Assembly (NCBI GenBank): GCA_036172245.1
Contig: JAYWIR010000008.1
Location: 3,472,001 to 3,536,000, forward strand
Reading direction: 5' to 3'
Length of the DNA: 64,000 nt
Source of the DNA: Raillietiella orientalis
Lineage: Eukaryota
Shown here: positions 41,601-53,534 of the stretch, one piece after another
Numbering within the stretch: position 1 is the stretch's first letter
Layout of the letters: each line of letters begins with the position of its first letter
Notes under the pieces: model-generated
Databases searched by the model: none
Told to the model about the DNA's origin: nothing
The model's input: only the letters and a program-made list of their open reading frames with translations
Made by a program: the position numbers and the translations under genes

Positions 41601-41861
41601 AAGTACATGTACTGCAAGTACAGCATCCACAACTACGAGAGCGTCCTGCGTTGCTGGATGACCAAGGAGATCGAATGCGAAGAGAAGCAGTGGAGGCATC
41701 TTGCAGTGGACGAAGAAAGTGTCAAGCGTGACGTGTCGGAGGAAGTTTGGCAAACGGTCCTCGATGAAGTGCTCTCGAGCGTCCCGTGGTCGGGGGCGCT
41801 GGGGAAAGAGGGAAAATTCGAAAGTTCCGAGGTTGCCCGTCGACGGGGGACACTCCACTGA
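31281..41861 (+). CDS. CEP350: Centrosome-associated protein 350-like, multi-exon; true start not located
   Basis: CEP350-type blocks occur in the expected order: PSVWRE (exon 33054-33353), EKIKSVLSLAKSLEEKL (~35480), DPFNFINAL (exon 36907-37413), YAPEALELKFQVELAYMESLDESLKQLATVEK (~37520), QMVR|EASVRVHHQKALLKLQELAIEEYVTAELLKLE (39242-39349), LQKAEIKR|L (39396-39494), RKKELEEITDWKAKLEREERNI (39860-40141), and C-terminal KEIECEEKQWRHLAVDEESVKRDVSEEVWQTVLDEVL. Stop at 41859-41861, AATAAA at 41911. Many 46-58 bp GT-AG introns in phase. Exons at 31.3-33.6 kb are less certain. Confidence 0.85.
32588..32652. repeat. (GT)n microsatellite, intronic
   Basis: Direct reading. Confidence 0.97.
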
Positions 41862-42083
41862 GTGGGATTACTGACAGACCATCGTTTCATGACTGTTTTT
41901 CACTGTGTGAAATAAATGCCTCCTTCTGCAGTCCGTGTCGTCGCCGCCGCCGCCGCCGCCGCCTTCCGCAGTCTGTCGACGGGCTGCGCAGTGTGCAAAG
42001 GTTTCAGCGTCCGGAGCGTGGAGTGCTGGACAGGACCACTTTCTTTCCAAATAAAAAGGATGATGTTTAGGCAGAGGTGCAGA

Positions 42084-43990
42084 TCAGGAGGAGGAACGTT
42101 CGCACTTATCTCCAGTGCGGGGATTACCTATTTCCTTTCGTGTCTGCGTGCGTGCGTCTATGTACGAACGTGGAACATTCGTGGCATCGGCAGATATGCC
42201 GTTAAACTCTCCGTTACGCATTTTTGCATCATCTGTGAGTTTCCCTACATCTGCCATGGATACCATCGTAGCGGAGGCTGGAGAACGATTTTCGAGCTTT
42301 TCAGGCGCAGCTGCAACGGAAGCGATCGAAGCGGCTTCTCCAAATCTTTTGGCGTCATCGACACGAGTCCCTCCCCCCCCCCCCCCATCCATCGTTTCTT
42401 CCAGATTCCAGATTCGCCGGCTTGAGTTATGCCAATACGTCTTGCTCGAGATGACGGTTTGTCACGAGAGCTTCTTGGATTCTCACGTAAGCAGGAGCGA
42501 TCCAGAAGAGCTATTCGTGGGACGTACCGCTCCCTTCTGCGGAAGCGCACCTTCGTTGGCGACGAGCGTTTTTCGGACCCCGGACGCGCCTTGTTGCCCC
42601 GGCGGCGGCGCCGCGATGCGAAACCTTTGGACGAGGTTTTGGATGCGACCGCTTTTCGCGACGGAATGTACTCTTTCGTCAGCGTTTGCTCTGTCAGAAA
42701 GCCGAAAACGCGGAGGGACCTGCCGATTCCAAGAGCGTTGCTCGAGCGAGTGACCGACTCCCAGGCTATTTTTCTACTCATGTCGAAGAGCGGCTTCCGG
42801 TCTCCGAAGCGGCATCGCCTCGGAAGCTGCATGCACGCCTTCGGGCGGGCCCCTTTGGCTATGATTTCCCGTATCGCGCATTTGGTTTCTGTCCTTGCTG
42901 CTGCCGCAGGAAGACCCGAACACGCTCGCGCGTCTTGCCCCGCGACCCTCCTCCGCCTCCGCCTCCTTCTCTTGTAGCTTGGCGGCCCCAAAGGCCGTTC
43001 GTTCCGACCGCCTGTGCCCGTCTGCGTCGACTTGCTCGTCGGCCGATGCGGGAGGGAGTCTGCGCGCTCCATCGGAAACCGTGGGTCTTCGGCACCGGCA
43101 TCGTGGACAGCGGCGCCGATCCTTCACGTCCTTTCACAGGAAAGTGTTCTCTCCCGAGTAGCCCGAGAACACGAGCGGTTCGTCGTCGAAACTCTCCGTG
43201 GTGACGTTAGCGCGCACAGTGAACGCGAAGGCGGGCGAAGTCTCCTCGTGGTTGGACGTTTCCTGAGGTTCGCCAGAATGCCCCCTTGAGCTGCCGCCTC
43301 TCTCCCGAGGCAGCGCACTCGAACAACACGGTGTTGTGGTTTCGTTTCCAGCGCGTCGATATCCTCGTTTCTTTCTCCGCCCCGTGTTGGCGTTTGATTC
43401 CCCTTCGATCTCGATGTCGTGTTCTCCGCGGTTCTCCGCTGGGTTTTGACGTCGTCATCTTCGTCGTCGTCTTTCTCAGGGACAGCCTCCCTTCAATTCT
43501 GTTGGCAGGAAAGTGGGTGATGATAGAAACGGTCTCCTCCTCGATTGGTCGGGGGCACGCTTGTCGCCTCTGACCAGCTGGCTCCCGTCCTCGCACTCCG
43601 CTCGGCACGAACTGTTTCAGTAGGCTGGTCTCACACAGTTCCCAGAAGGCAACACAGCTGGCCTTGCGTGCTGGCGAGCGCGCCGGCTCTCGCCCAAGGC
43701 GGAACACCCCTCGCCGACCGAGGCTAGACGGCGTATGTGATTGCTGCGGCCCCTCATCATGCTCTTCTGCTTGCCGTGCCTGTCTTTACCGTCTCTTGAC
43801 TTTCGCAACAGCATGGCGTTCTTGCCCATCACGGTCCGAGCCGAGCCCCCCTCTCCCCTCTGTTCGCTGAGGTAGTCCTGCTGGGTGGATTCGTCGTGTT
43901 TTGTTTGCTCGCCTGCTCGATGAGGAATCAAACGCCGCCGAACCCTCATCTTCTCTTGAAAACGGCGGCTGGGCTATGATTTCCATCTGG
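42084..43990 (-). CDS. Probable 3' exons of an unidentified low-complexity gene convergent with CEP350
   Basis: Protein-like minus-strand segments: EKDDDEDDDVKTQRR...GILANLRKRP; DERVHSVAKSGRIQNLVQRFRIAAPPPG; RVDDAKRFGEAAS...DAKMRNGEFNG. Splicing not resolved. Confidence 0.35.
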
Positions 43991-44045
43991 CAGTACTACC
44001 TATCCTTTGGTTGCGTGTCCCCACCGGCGACACGGGAGCAGAAAG

Positions 44046-44231
44046 CGGTCTCTTCCGAGGAAGACGCTGCAGAGCTCGAAAAGACAGGAATCTCTCTCCT
44101 GATGCGGCTCCAGCGTCCTCACGGGGCGGCCTCGCCCTCCCTCAGCGACGGGCGCTCTGGCGACTAGGCTGTGCTCCTCCTCAGGCAACAGGAAGCATCC
44201 GAAAAGTCCGAGGCCGCGTACAACACGGAAA
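44046..44231 (+). pseudogene. Degenerate partial duplicate of CEP350-like 39960-40237
   Basis: Shares GGCGGCCTCGCCCTCCCTCAGCGACGGGCGCTC and GTGCTCCTCCTCAG-CAACAGGAAGCATCCGAAAAGTCCGA. Lacks ~40074-40170 and has several small indels. Confidence 0.85.
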
Positions 44232-44693
44232 TTGCAAGACCATGCGCTCTCCCTGCACCCTACCTACCTCGTGCGATCGTAAAGTCCGTCCAAGTTTTCT
44301 CCATTCTTCTCCCCTCCACACCAAAGTCTTCTGACAGCCGAACGTGGAAATCGCAGTCTCGGAATGCTCGAAACCAGCTCCGGCAATCCCACCAACCTTT
44401 TTTTTCTTTTTTTTGCCTATCCTGGAACCAGTGTGTGAAATGGGAGGGAGTCGGGGTCCGTTGGGATCCAGTGATTCTCGAATTTGCGCTCCTCATTCGA
44501 TTTCAGGTTTCGAAAACATGTATGTGTTATTTGCATAAACGCACACAGACAGAGAGAGAGAGAGAGAGATCCATATGCACGCACACCCGTCCACATCGAA
44601 GCTGGATTCGAAGGATGCAGGATTACGAAAGTGGGTGTGCAGTGCCGGGAGAATTCTTCCGCACAGCAGCATCCAGCGCTGTGTTCCCCCTCT

Positions 44694-44729
44694 TGCACTT
44701 TGATCTCAGCCAAAAGGCCGAGAAGCAAT
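44694..44729 (-). pseudogene. U2 snRNA 5' fragment (nt 1-36)
   Basis: ATTGCTTCTCGGCCTTTTGGCTGAGATCAAAGTGCA versus metazoan U2 ATCGCTTCTCGGCCTTTTGGCTAAGATCAAAGTGTA: 3 transitions. Similarity stops within the branch-point recognition sequence. Confidence 0.85.
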
Positions 44730-45279
44730 CCTCTTGTTGCAGTATGAAGTCACGGCGTGGGTATGTTAACGCTTGCCTGTACATCTTGCGGATGGCTGCT
44801 TGGAAAATTCCCACTTGGATGCCGGCGTGTGAGCACCTCTCCCACGATCACTCTTAAAAGATGCATCCGTCGGAGTCTGGAACGGCTTGGAATCTTCCAA
44901 CGCCCCGCCTGCGGAGCGAATTGGCGTGGATCGCCCGCAAGACTCGCCCGTCGCCGTAGCAACGCATCTCAGAAACGGCTCTTCGCTCGCTGCAAAGCAG
45001 GAAGCATCAGTCCCATCAGCTTGCTCCGCGCGAGCCATCTCCACGCAGGCGACTTCGATCCTCCTAGAATTCGAGTGGCGTTGGTTTCTCACCTGGGTAC
45101 GCCCCGGGGCGTTGATTTTAACAAAATTAAACATTTAGAGAAAACTGCGGTTGGACCAATGATCCAACCACGTGCATTTTACCGGGAGCCTGCCGGGTTG
45201 CCGGTTCGCAGACCAGTGAGGTCCACCACGGCAGCAGAGAGACGCCTCCTCCCTGCTGCCAGCAAAAAGGGGAAAAAAG

Positions 45280-46750
45280 AAACCAAAGGAAATAAATAAA
45301 TTTGGGGTGGGTGGGGGTGGACGGGGGGGACGGGATCACTTGTGTGCTGGCGGCGGTCCGCTGCATCTTCTGTAGTATGCCGGCAAGCTCTTTCTGGATA
45401 TGGCTATCCAAGTGGGGCCACCTCGTTGCCATCCTCATGAATCAGACGGCAAAGTGGATGGCATCCCTGCCGCGGTGCTCTCCTCTTGCGCCGCTCCAGG
45501 CAGCGACGATCTCTCGTAGGCAGCGAGAGAGGCTGCCGACCCAGGTACGTCCCGAACGAGGAGGGGTTTTAAGGATGTCCCTGGAGTTGCCGTGGTTGGT
45601 TCCTAGGGTTGCGGCAAAGTGTTCCCAGAGGAGTCCACTAGTAGGTGCTGGAGGGATTCGGGTGGCGTTGGTGGAGGTTTTGAATCGCGTGGTGGTGCCC
45701 GCCTCGAAGGAATAAGCGAGCGTCTTCTTCTCGACTTTGCAGCTGCTCTCAACCCGCATCCGCAGGGAAAGCGAGATGATCACCGGTGGGATGATAAAAT
45801 CTTCGAGGAGCATGTGGGGATGAGGAACGCTATCGACGTGCGTCAGTGGTCGATGAAATCGCTTAAACCATCAAGCCATAAAGCGGCACGGCGGTACCGA
45901 TAAGCGGGTCATTTCCGCTGCACTTTAGCTTGCCGTCGTGCGCTCTCTTCTTCACCTGCAGCCTTTCTGTGGCGCCGTTCTAACATTGTGCCTCACTTGA
46001 TTTTGCCAAGTGACCTCCCGTTCCAGACTTTCATGGTGGTTCGCTCCGAGTCACGTGATTGCTGTTCGCCCTCTGATCGCTGCATGCAGATGTACGCAGC
46101 CTCGGCGTGTCTCCGGCAGCCTCCGGACGACATCCAGCATCCGCTCCGCGCACCCGCGGTGGTCCGGATCGTATACCCCGCGCCTGTGGGAAGAGATGCC
46201 GGCTCCCAGGAGCGGGTTGCTTTCCGACGCGCACCGACCTTGATGCACGCTCCTCCGCGGAGAGGCCCACGACTTGGTCCCCCCACAAGGGCGAACACGC
46301 AGGGCCCCGCGCGCAGCTCTGAGTGTTTCCCCCTCGATCTGCCCTAAGCATCAGCGGCTGGGATGGCAGGCGGTCTGTCCGTCGCCGGCAGGCGAAGGAC
46401 GTTACGCCCAGCACCGGAAACGTGGAAGACGGTGGACGTTCGCGGACCCGAGTCAGTCGGCACCTCCAGCACGATTCGACCTACTGCGAATGAAGCAACC
46501 ATTGACACCGGTTCTCCTACTCGCCCAGGAACACCCCCCTTCCTCCGCTTCTTCGGTGGAACGGAAACCACTAAAGATGGGTGAAAGAAGCTCTTTTCCT
46601 CCCTCTGGAGTGCGTTGCTGCCAACCTGGCTGGAAAGTTTCTGCCCGAAGTGCGAAAGGCTCGCGTAAGGTGGAGTCTCCGGTCAGGGAACCCCTTCCCG
46701 CCAAGAACGGAGCCATTCGCTCCGACACCGGTAGCTCGGAGCGGAGGGGC
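45280..46750 (-). mobile_element. Decayed L1/Tx1-type LINE ORF2 remnant with 3' end
   Basis: C-terminus LLWEHFAATLG...DILK...CLREIVAAW...GRDAIHFAV*FMRMATRWPHL...ELAGILQKMQ is homologous to copies at 50.2-50.6 kb and 59.6-59.9 kb. Ends in TTTATTTA + T-rich tail. Upstream RT-like traces (KVWNGRSL) are weaker. Confidence 0.65.
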
Positions 46751-47009
46751 AGCCGCAGCCGCTGCAAGAGGCGCGTCAAGTCTGTTGCGTAATGGATGCC
46801 CAAGCGAGCGGCGTGCGATACGAAAATCACCAACGGGTGCGGCGGCGGCGACAGCCGTCATCGCAAGTGGAAGGCCGTCCGTCGGAGGGAGCCCCACGAT
46901 CGAAGGAAAAGCGCACGGGTGGCGCCCTCCCCGCCCGCTCGAGAAAGCCCCTTCCGGTTCGCGTGCTGCTTCTCAGGACGTCTCTGGCGACCCACGCCCG
47001 AGGTGATTG

Positions 47010-47230
47010 GTTCGCCGCGCCCTGTCTCTGTACTGCTGCTGGAAAAAGGTCCAGGCACCTTCCGCGCGCAGGCCCCATCCGTTCACGGGCACGGAGGGGA
47101 CGGGGAAGGCGGGGGCTCAAGTGGACCGACATGGTCGCTCGCATCCGGAGCCACGGCGGAAAGGGGAGGGGGTCATTCTACCGCTGCCTGGAAAGTGGCG
47201 GAGTGCCGTCGAGGCCGGAAGGTCTCGCGG
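47010..47230 (+). mobile_element. Possible LINE RT subdomain 1-2 relic
   Basis: VLLLEKG...RP...MVARIRSH...RRGR resembles 'vllpK.g..RPIsl...Rl...QyGFR.gr'. Heavily frameshifted. Confidence 0.3.
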
Positions 47231-48489
47231 CATCGAGCCCCGGGGTGGCATCGAAGGCTGCACACTCCAGGACTTCCCGCGTCCCTACCTCCCCTCCCGC
47301 CAGCTCCGATCGGAATGGAGCCGGGGAGAGCTTCCGCCCCGCCACGCGAGAGGTGCGGAGCCGGGCAGAAAGTGCCTCGCAAACGCCTCAGGCTGTATGC
47401 GTTTCGAGAGGTGCGCATTGGGGGCGCAGACTCGAGATTAGCCAGGCAAGAGACGCCCCATTTTCATTGAGGAAGGGGGGGGAGGGAGGGGGGAGGAACT
47501 CCATTCAAAGACAAAAGATGGCGTGGGTGCGGGTTGGCGGACTCCTTGCATGGAGAGCCAGTCGTTTCCGGGCGAAGCCGCGCCCCGCTTGACCTTCCTC
47601 ATCCGCCCCTACGATGCGGGATCTTCGTGACAGGACCCGCGAGAGCGCGCCGACAAACCCCGCCGAAGGCGTCCTGCGGACCCGACGCGAGGATGGTACG
47701 CGGTCAGCGCCGTCTTCCGCTTGGCCAAAGGAGAGGCGCGGGGGATCTCCGGAGCGCGCGCTCGGACGGTGCGTGGGAGGGAGGGAGGGAGGGAGGGAGG
47801 GAACTCGCTCGTGAACAGAGAGCCCTGCACGGCGAGCGCGAGGGGCCGCCAGGCTTGACCTGACCTCACGAAACTTTCTTCGCTTCGGGAGGGGCTTCGG
47901 AAAGGGAGCGGCGGCGGTTGCGCAACGGATTCTCGGGACGCGCCCCAGAGGAAGGGGAGGAGGCTCCATCTCTACGATCGCGCGCGCGCTCCGCAGACAC
48001 GGTCCGACACGCACGAGAGGAAGTGGTCCAGTCGCGGACGCTGTCCGATCGTCAAAAGGACCGCTCACGTGGAAACCGCCAAGGGTCGTCGCCTCGCCGA
48101 GGGGCCGCTCCCCGCCGCACCATCTGTCCAGTCCTGCTGCTCACTTCGCATCGCATTCTGCACGCACGACCGTCCGGCGTCCCGGAGCGCGCCAGCACAC
48201 CTCCTCCTCTTCCTCTCTTGCAGCACCCCGTCCGCCGCTACCTTCGCTCCGGACGAGACGGCGGTCGCCTCCCAATGCGGTGGACGGTTGCCGGGATACG
48301 ACCGCGGGCTGCCGGAAGGCCCGCGTCCTCCTTCCTTCCTCCCGCCGAGTGGGAGGAGCAGTCCAGACCGACCCGGAACCCTCGCTCGGGTGCATCCGGG
48401 GATGCTCGCGCGGCGACCTCGAGGGGAGCATGGGCAGCGCAGTCAGTCGGACCCTCGGCGCCCTCTGTCCGGAGCCGCCTGCACTTCTC

Positions 48490-48650
48490 TTACCGGCGCC
48501 GAGTGCGCGCGACGCGCCCGGGAGCGACGGCTCCTTCCCGAGGGTTTGGCGCGGCTCGCGACTGCGCAGTCCTGCCATCCTCCTGGACTTTGGAAGGGTC
48601 AGCACCGGCCGCGGAAGAGTCCGACATCCTCTGAGGCTGCGCGATCGCGT
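48490..48650 (+). mobile_element. Possible LINE pre-RT relic
   Basis: ARDAPGSDGSFPRVWR resembles 'kAPGpDGi...vwk'. Confidence 0.35.
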
Positions 48651-49369
48651 CGGTGGGGGCAGGACCAGTGACACGGTCAGGAATCGGGACTCTCGGCGGC
48701 AGCAGGAGCGCCATCGGCAACAGCAGCACCTGCGAAGAGCAGCGACGGCAGCCTCGCCAAGCTGCCGCCCCATCAGCGGGAACAGAAGCGCCAGCAGGGT
48801 CAGCAGGAGTGGCGTTGGCCGACCTTTCTGCGCCGCGGTCCCCCCCGCTGGTCCTCGCCCAGAGGGGGTCCCGTCTCGTTCGCGGGAAGGGAGACAATTC
48901 CTCCTCCCGCCTCCTCTGAAACTAGGCTCCGAGTAGCGGGAAAGGAGGCGGGGGCGGCCGGAAAGCGGAGGCCACATGCGGCGACAGAATAGGCCACGGC
49001 TCGGAAATACGGGAGCATCACTCGAGTCCAAGCCGGCAGCGCATGGGATCGACGGTGCCAGAGGAATGTGACGCGCGCCCTCTCATCGGAGGCGCCAAAA
49101 GACTCCGCCCCGTCTTCTAGTGGAGACAGGAGCTCCCCGGCATCCTGCACATCGAGAGAGGAGGAGGGGGTAACGGAAAGCACCCACCCTCCACCCCAAC
49201 TCTTCCTCTGTCGGGATGTTGTCGGAGCTGCGCGCCCGTGCTCGCGCCTCCGGAGAGCGGCGCCCAAGGGTGTTTCCATCTGTAGCTCCCCGCAGGCGGC
49301 GCGCGACGCACTGTTTTTTCCCCTCTTTCCTCCTTCTCCACAGAGAGCAGCGTGGGGGGACTGCAGATT

Positions 49370-50132
49370 GGCCTCGCTGGTGCTGGCTGGGGAAGCTGGC
49401 CCGAGAAATCCCTCCCAGACGACCGACCGCCTGCCTCAGGACTGCCCTTCCGGAGAGGACCGAAGCCTATGGAGGCGCTCCGGGGCGAATCGCTGATTGC
49501 TCTGACGCACACCCCGGTGGGTGGGAATTCCCTCGGGTCCTCTCCGGAGGAGGAGAAAACAAGGAGCGGTTCCCTTGTGGGAGGATCCCTCCGGAGAATA
49601 AATTCCAGGAGCGGATCCTTTCCTGATTCCCTTCGGGGAAGAAATAATGGAGTGGCCCATTCCAGGGAGTCCCTCCGGAGAGAATGAGGAAGAGGAGCTT
49701 CCCTTCGGGACCCCTTCCGGAGACAACCAGCCTCGAGAATCCCAGCACAGGCGCGTGGACGGAGCGGACCACTTCGCGGCAACGACACCCTTTTTGAGGA
49801 GGCCACTTCGCAGCAGCCAATAGCCGAGGTGGGAGGTCTCTCGCGATCTCGCAGGCAGGCGGAAGTTGATGAGTGGATGAACCACGGGGCAGCTGGCGGA
49901 TGCCGCGACCGCGAGTGCCCTTCCGCGAGGAATACAGCGCTAAGGCGGGCTGCTCGGTATTCCTAGCAGAGACCTGGAGTGGCCCCCAGCGCTCAAGAAC
50001 AGCAGCGCCCTCCCTCTGAAGTGGCGGGAGTTGGCATTTCTGCGGTTGCACTGGGGTCTTCCCTGAAACGCACTTCGACATCGCTGAACCGGAGGGTGCG
50101 GGTGAGCCCGAGCTGTAGCAGGTGTGTGGAAC
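49370..50132 (+). mobile_element. Copy A: degenerate head + hairpin array + internally deleted L1/Tx1 ORF2 3' part
   Basis: AATCCCTCCC head remnant (~49407), array ~49440-49745, then EWPPALKNSSALPLKWRELAFLRLHWGLP...CSRCVERES (zf-RVT/CCHC region), homologous to copy F. Confidence 0.7.
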
Positions 50133-50625
50133 GGGAGTCCCTCCGGAGAGAATGAGGAAGAGGGTCCCTTCGAGGGTTTCCTCCGAAGACGCTAGGCAGG
50201 GAGACCTAGGATTGTTTCAGGTGCGTAGAATCCCCTCCTGCACCTGCTTGTGGACTGTGCTGCCCTCCAACCCCTATGGGAACGTTTCGGAATGACCCTC
50301 CAGATCCTGGTTGGATCCCCAGGGCCGTTTTAGGGCTCCTCTTCGTGAGGGATGCCCTGCATCCAGCCGCAGCCCCAGCAGCTCTTCGCCTAATCCGCGG
50401 GGTTGCTGTGGTCTGGAGAGAAGCCAAGAGAGGGAATGATGGGAGGGACGACGTCCAGTTCGCAGTTCGCCTCCTGAGGATAGCGACCACATGGCACCAT
50501 CTGGGACCTCTTCGGACGGACCTGGCTGGCATGTTGGAAAGTATGCAGACTCCCTCCATTGGACAATGGTCACTTCCTGACCGTCCCAAGCGTTTTTTAT
50601 TTACTTTTTTTTCTTTTTGTTTTCT
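50133..50625 (+). mobile_element. Copy B: array fragment + CCHC zinc knuckle + LINE 3' end
   Basis: 31 bp identical to 49665-49695. Then CFRCVES/LHLLVDCAALQPLWERF...LIRGVAVVWREAK...DLAGMLESMQ, ending TTTATTTA + T tract. Confidence 0.75.
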
Positions 50626-50799
50626 CCCCTCCCCCTCCGCTTCCGAGGGGAGGACCCCTGGCCTTGTGGACCGGCGACCCGGAAGGTCCGTGGACTACAA
50701 TGGGGTGCGTGGTAGGGCCACTCATTCCATCGCAATTTGGGAGTTTCTTTTCAACTTTAAGAAGCGCCCCGGCGTTTCCGAGCGGGAATCGGAGGCAAC

Positions 50800-53365
50800 C
50801 AGAACAAAGAGTGTGTTCCCTTCGGGATTCCCTACCAAGCGTGATAGGAGCGGACTCTTTCCTCCATTGGACCCCTTCCTGAATTCGTAGGGTGATCTTT
50901 CCGAGGTACACCCTAACTTGACGACTTAAAACACCCTCTAGTGGCGTGGACAGCGCTAAAGAACTCCTAACCCCCCTCCCCCCCTCCTTCCTTTAAGGAG
51001 ACGAACGGTTCTTCAGCACTTGGGCAAACCGGGGAAAAAAACGAAAACCAGAAAAAGGAAGAAGAAAGAGGGAAGGAAAGCGGTGAAAAGAGAAGAAACC
51101 CCAAAGGATTTCCCATCATCCTATGCCAATAGTCTTCATAGGAGGGTGGTGCGGAACGGGAAGTCTGCGATAGGCGAGTCGGGAGATGCGAGTAGCTTGA
51201 AGAGGGCCGTCTGCAGCGAAAGTGCTGGAGTCCCCATCCGACCTGTTCGACGTCCACCCTTCGGGGCAAGTGATGGTCCTGCTTGGAAGATTTGTAACAT
51301 TTGGTTATCATTCTATTTTTTTTTTTTTTCTTCTTTTCTAATGTCTACGAATGCCCGGTCTCCTTTTGGGAAGCTGCTGATCCATTGGGGCCAGGGAGAG
51401 TTTCCGGCACATCCGGCTTTTTGGCGCAGGAGAGCCCATCAGGACTCGATCAGCCTTGGACTCGATCCGTTATCTGGACACATCGTTGTCCAGCAGGCCG
51501 ATCGCAGCCGATTTCCAAGATGCGTGTGATCATGGAATGTTGTGACGTCAGGGATTTCGGACGCGCTCGCGAGGAGCGACTTTGGACGCACCCCACAGCG
51601 CTTAGTCGCTCCACAGTAAGGGGTATAGGGTGTTTGCGGATGGGCAGGCTTCCCTCACGCCCTTGCTCGATTAGGGGCTGGGCTGCTCTTGAAGTTTGAC
51701 CTCCTAGGCCATATGCAAGGAGCAGATGTTTCTTCCCGCAAGGTGGGCTTCCGTGTGACGCGGCGATCACAACTTTGGGTTTGCGTGCGCGCACCTCGGC
51801 GGCCCGAGTCTCCCCTGGAGCTGCGCTCGCAGCGACGGGAATTCACACGCCGAGCAGCCGCCTTTGCAAGGGGGACTGCAGCAAGAAGTCGCACCTTGGG
51901 ATCTCGCCCACATCCCGAGCAGGCTGTGGACAAGAAAGGGCGTCTTCCACCAACAACTTCGTCCCAGCCCTTTCGTTCTAGACTCCTGGCTTGTCTGACC
52001 TGCGTGTCTGTGGATCCTCCCCGCCGACGTTCCATCCGTCTCCCATGACAACTCCTCTCCCAAGTTTTGGTGCGCTTATCTTCCGGGGAATGGGCTCCCC
52101 GGCTTAACCGGGCGAGAAAGGAGCAGGTCCTGTTCCAGCAGGACCTGCTCCCGTTCTGGCTGCATGTTGAACCGTAGCGAGCTCGGGGAGCGTGCTGCTT
52201 CCCTCTGCAGCGAGTCCTCTGGGACTCGCGGGCCGAATGACCCGATTCCCGGCTGTCCTGTGCACCGCCTCTACGGGGCCGGGAGGTCAATCTTCTTCTC
52301 CGACTTCCGACTCCCGCGAGGTGTCTTGCAGAGACGGATGCGAGGCCGCGCAGGAGGGACTGGCGAGATCCCTTCGGGCGCGGATGCGTGGATCTTGGGG
52401 TATCCTGGTCAACCTCCCTCTCCAGGGGTGGGGAGCAGAACTCTTTATGATCGCGTCGAATTGGAGGGGGGAGGGGGAAATCATCTTGTTCCGAGAAGCT
52501 GAATGTATCCTTATCCAGGAAGGGAGGACGAGGAGGAAGAACTCGAATTTTCCTTCCTCCAGAAATAGGGGTGGGATGGACCGGTCTCACGCTGGCGATC
52601 TCACGACTTCCGGTGCCTGAGCGACTTCGCGAACACCCTGTCAGCGCGATCTTCCACGATCACTGGCCTCCACGAGCCGTCGACATCGTCGAAGATCCGG
52701 AGACTGGGATGGACATGAAATCTCTCGCACGAACAGGGCGACTCCTCAAAGACTTTGCTCGGATATCAAAGACACCATGGTCAGTAAGTCTACGGGAAGC
52801 TGGTCCGTAGGTCGTTTCTCTTAGCCTTATCGTCCAACCGTATTCATTGATTCAGTTGTCCTGTGGCACACCCCATGTCTCGGGGAGGAAGAGGGGGGGA
52901 GGGGCGCGTCATCGGGCGAAGTCTTTGACGGTTGAGCCACGCCGAGGGAGGCGGAGAAGTAGCATCCGCAGAAACCTCGGACTTTTTCTGAGGCCGCCTT
53001 TTCTCCGTGGTGCGTTCCAAGGCGTTACCAGATTCCCGACCCACAAGTCCAGACGAGTCTGGAAGGGACAGGAATTCAGTGCATGCGTCTCCTTACTGGG
53101 ACGCGGGGTGGGGGAGTGGCAGGAATATGGATCTGCCGTTCCACAGAAGAGATCCGAAAGCGTTCACGAGATGTTAAGGAGCTTCCGAAATGTCTGGCAG
53201 TCCACGTTGTCCTTCTGTTTCTAGATCGAGTTTCCCCCTACGTCCATGATTCCATCTAGGAAATCTTGACTGCTCCTCCGCTGTCGTGGAGGTGTTACCG
53301 GATCCGCTGCGATGAAGGTACGTCGTGATAAACAGCAACCCTGCCTGCGGGAACATTTATTTAGA
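50800..53365 (+). mobile_element. Copy C: 3' part of hairpin array fused to a frameshifted L1/Tx1 RT-to-3' region
   Basis: Motifs in order across frames: PFGASDG (PGPDG), CPVSF (RPISL), AFWRRRAHQDSISL (GF..GR.I.DN), IAADFQDACD (DFEKAFD), ALARSDFG, SIRG/LGCS (RGVRQGCPLS), DA-D-TTL (YADD), SHLGI (YLG), PFWL, ESVH..VW, then TTTATTTA at ~53356. Confidence 0.75.
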
Positions 53366-53534
53366 ATAAACAAATGAAGAAGAAGAAAAAAGACGACAAG
53401 ATCGGTCTGTCCATCCGAGACGAAAGGGTCACTGGAAGCATGATCGGGGAAAAAGCGGAGAAGGGGGGGGGGGAAGAGGGGTAAAGAAGAGAGTGGTGGT
53501 TAAGGGTCAAGGGTTGAGACCCGGTTAACCCTTT

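Noticed and set aside
44780..45600. Gypsy gag and RNase H (KPFQTPTDAS) remnants
   Set aside because: The 'gag' part is the LINE C-terminus. The TDAS motif alone has no supporting RT, integrase or LTR.
46800..49300. Long overlapping ORFs in all six frames as genes
   Set aside because: Expected from high GC content; Arg/Pro/Ala/Gly-rich with no domain signature apart from small LINE relics.
51300..53300. DIRS-like RT/RNase H/methylase/tyrosine recombinase element
   Set aside because: The resemblance was loose. The same DNA gives a fuller, correctly ordered series of L1/Tx1 ORF2 motifs.
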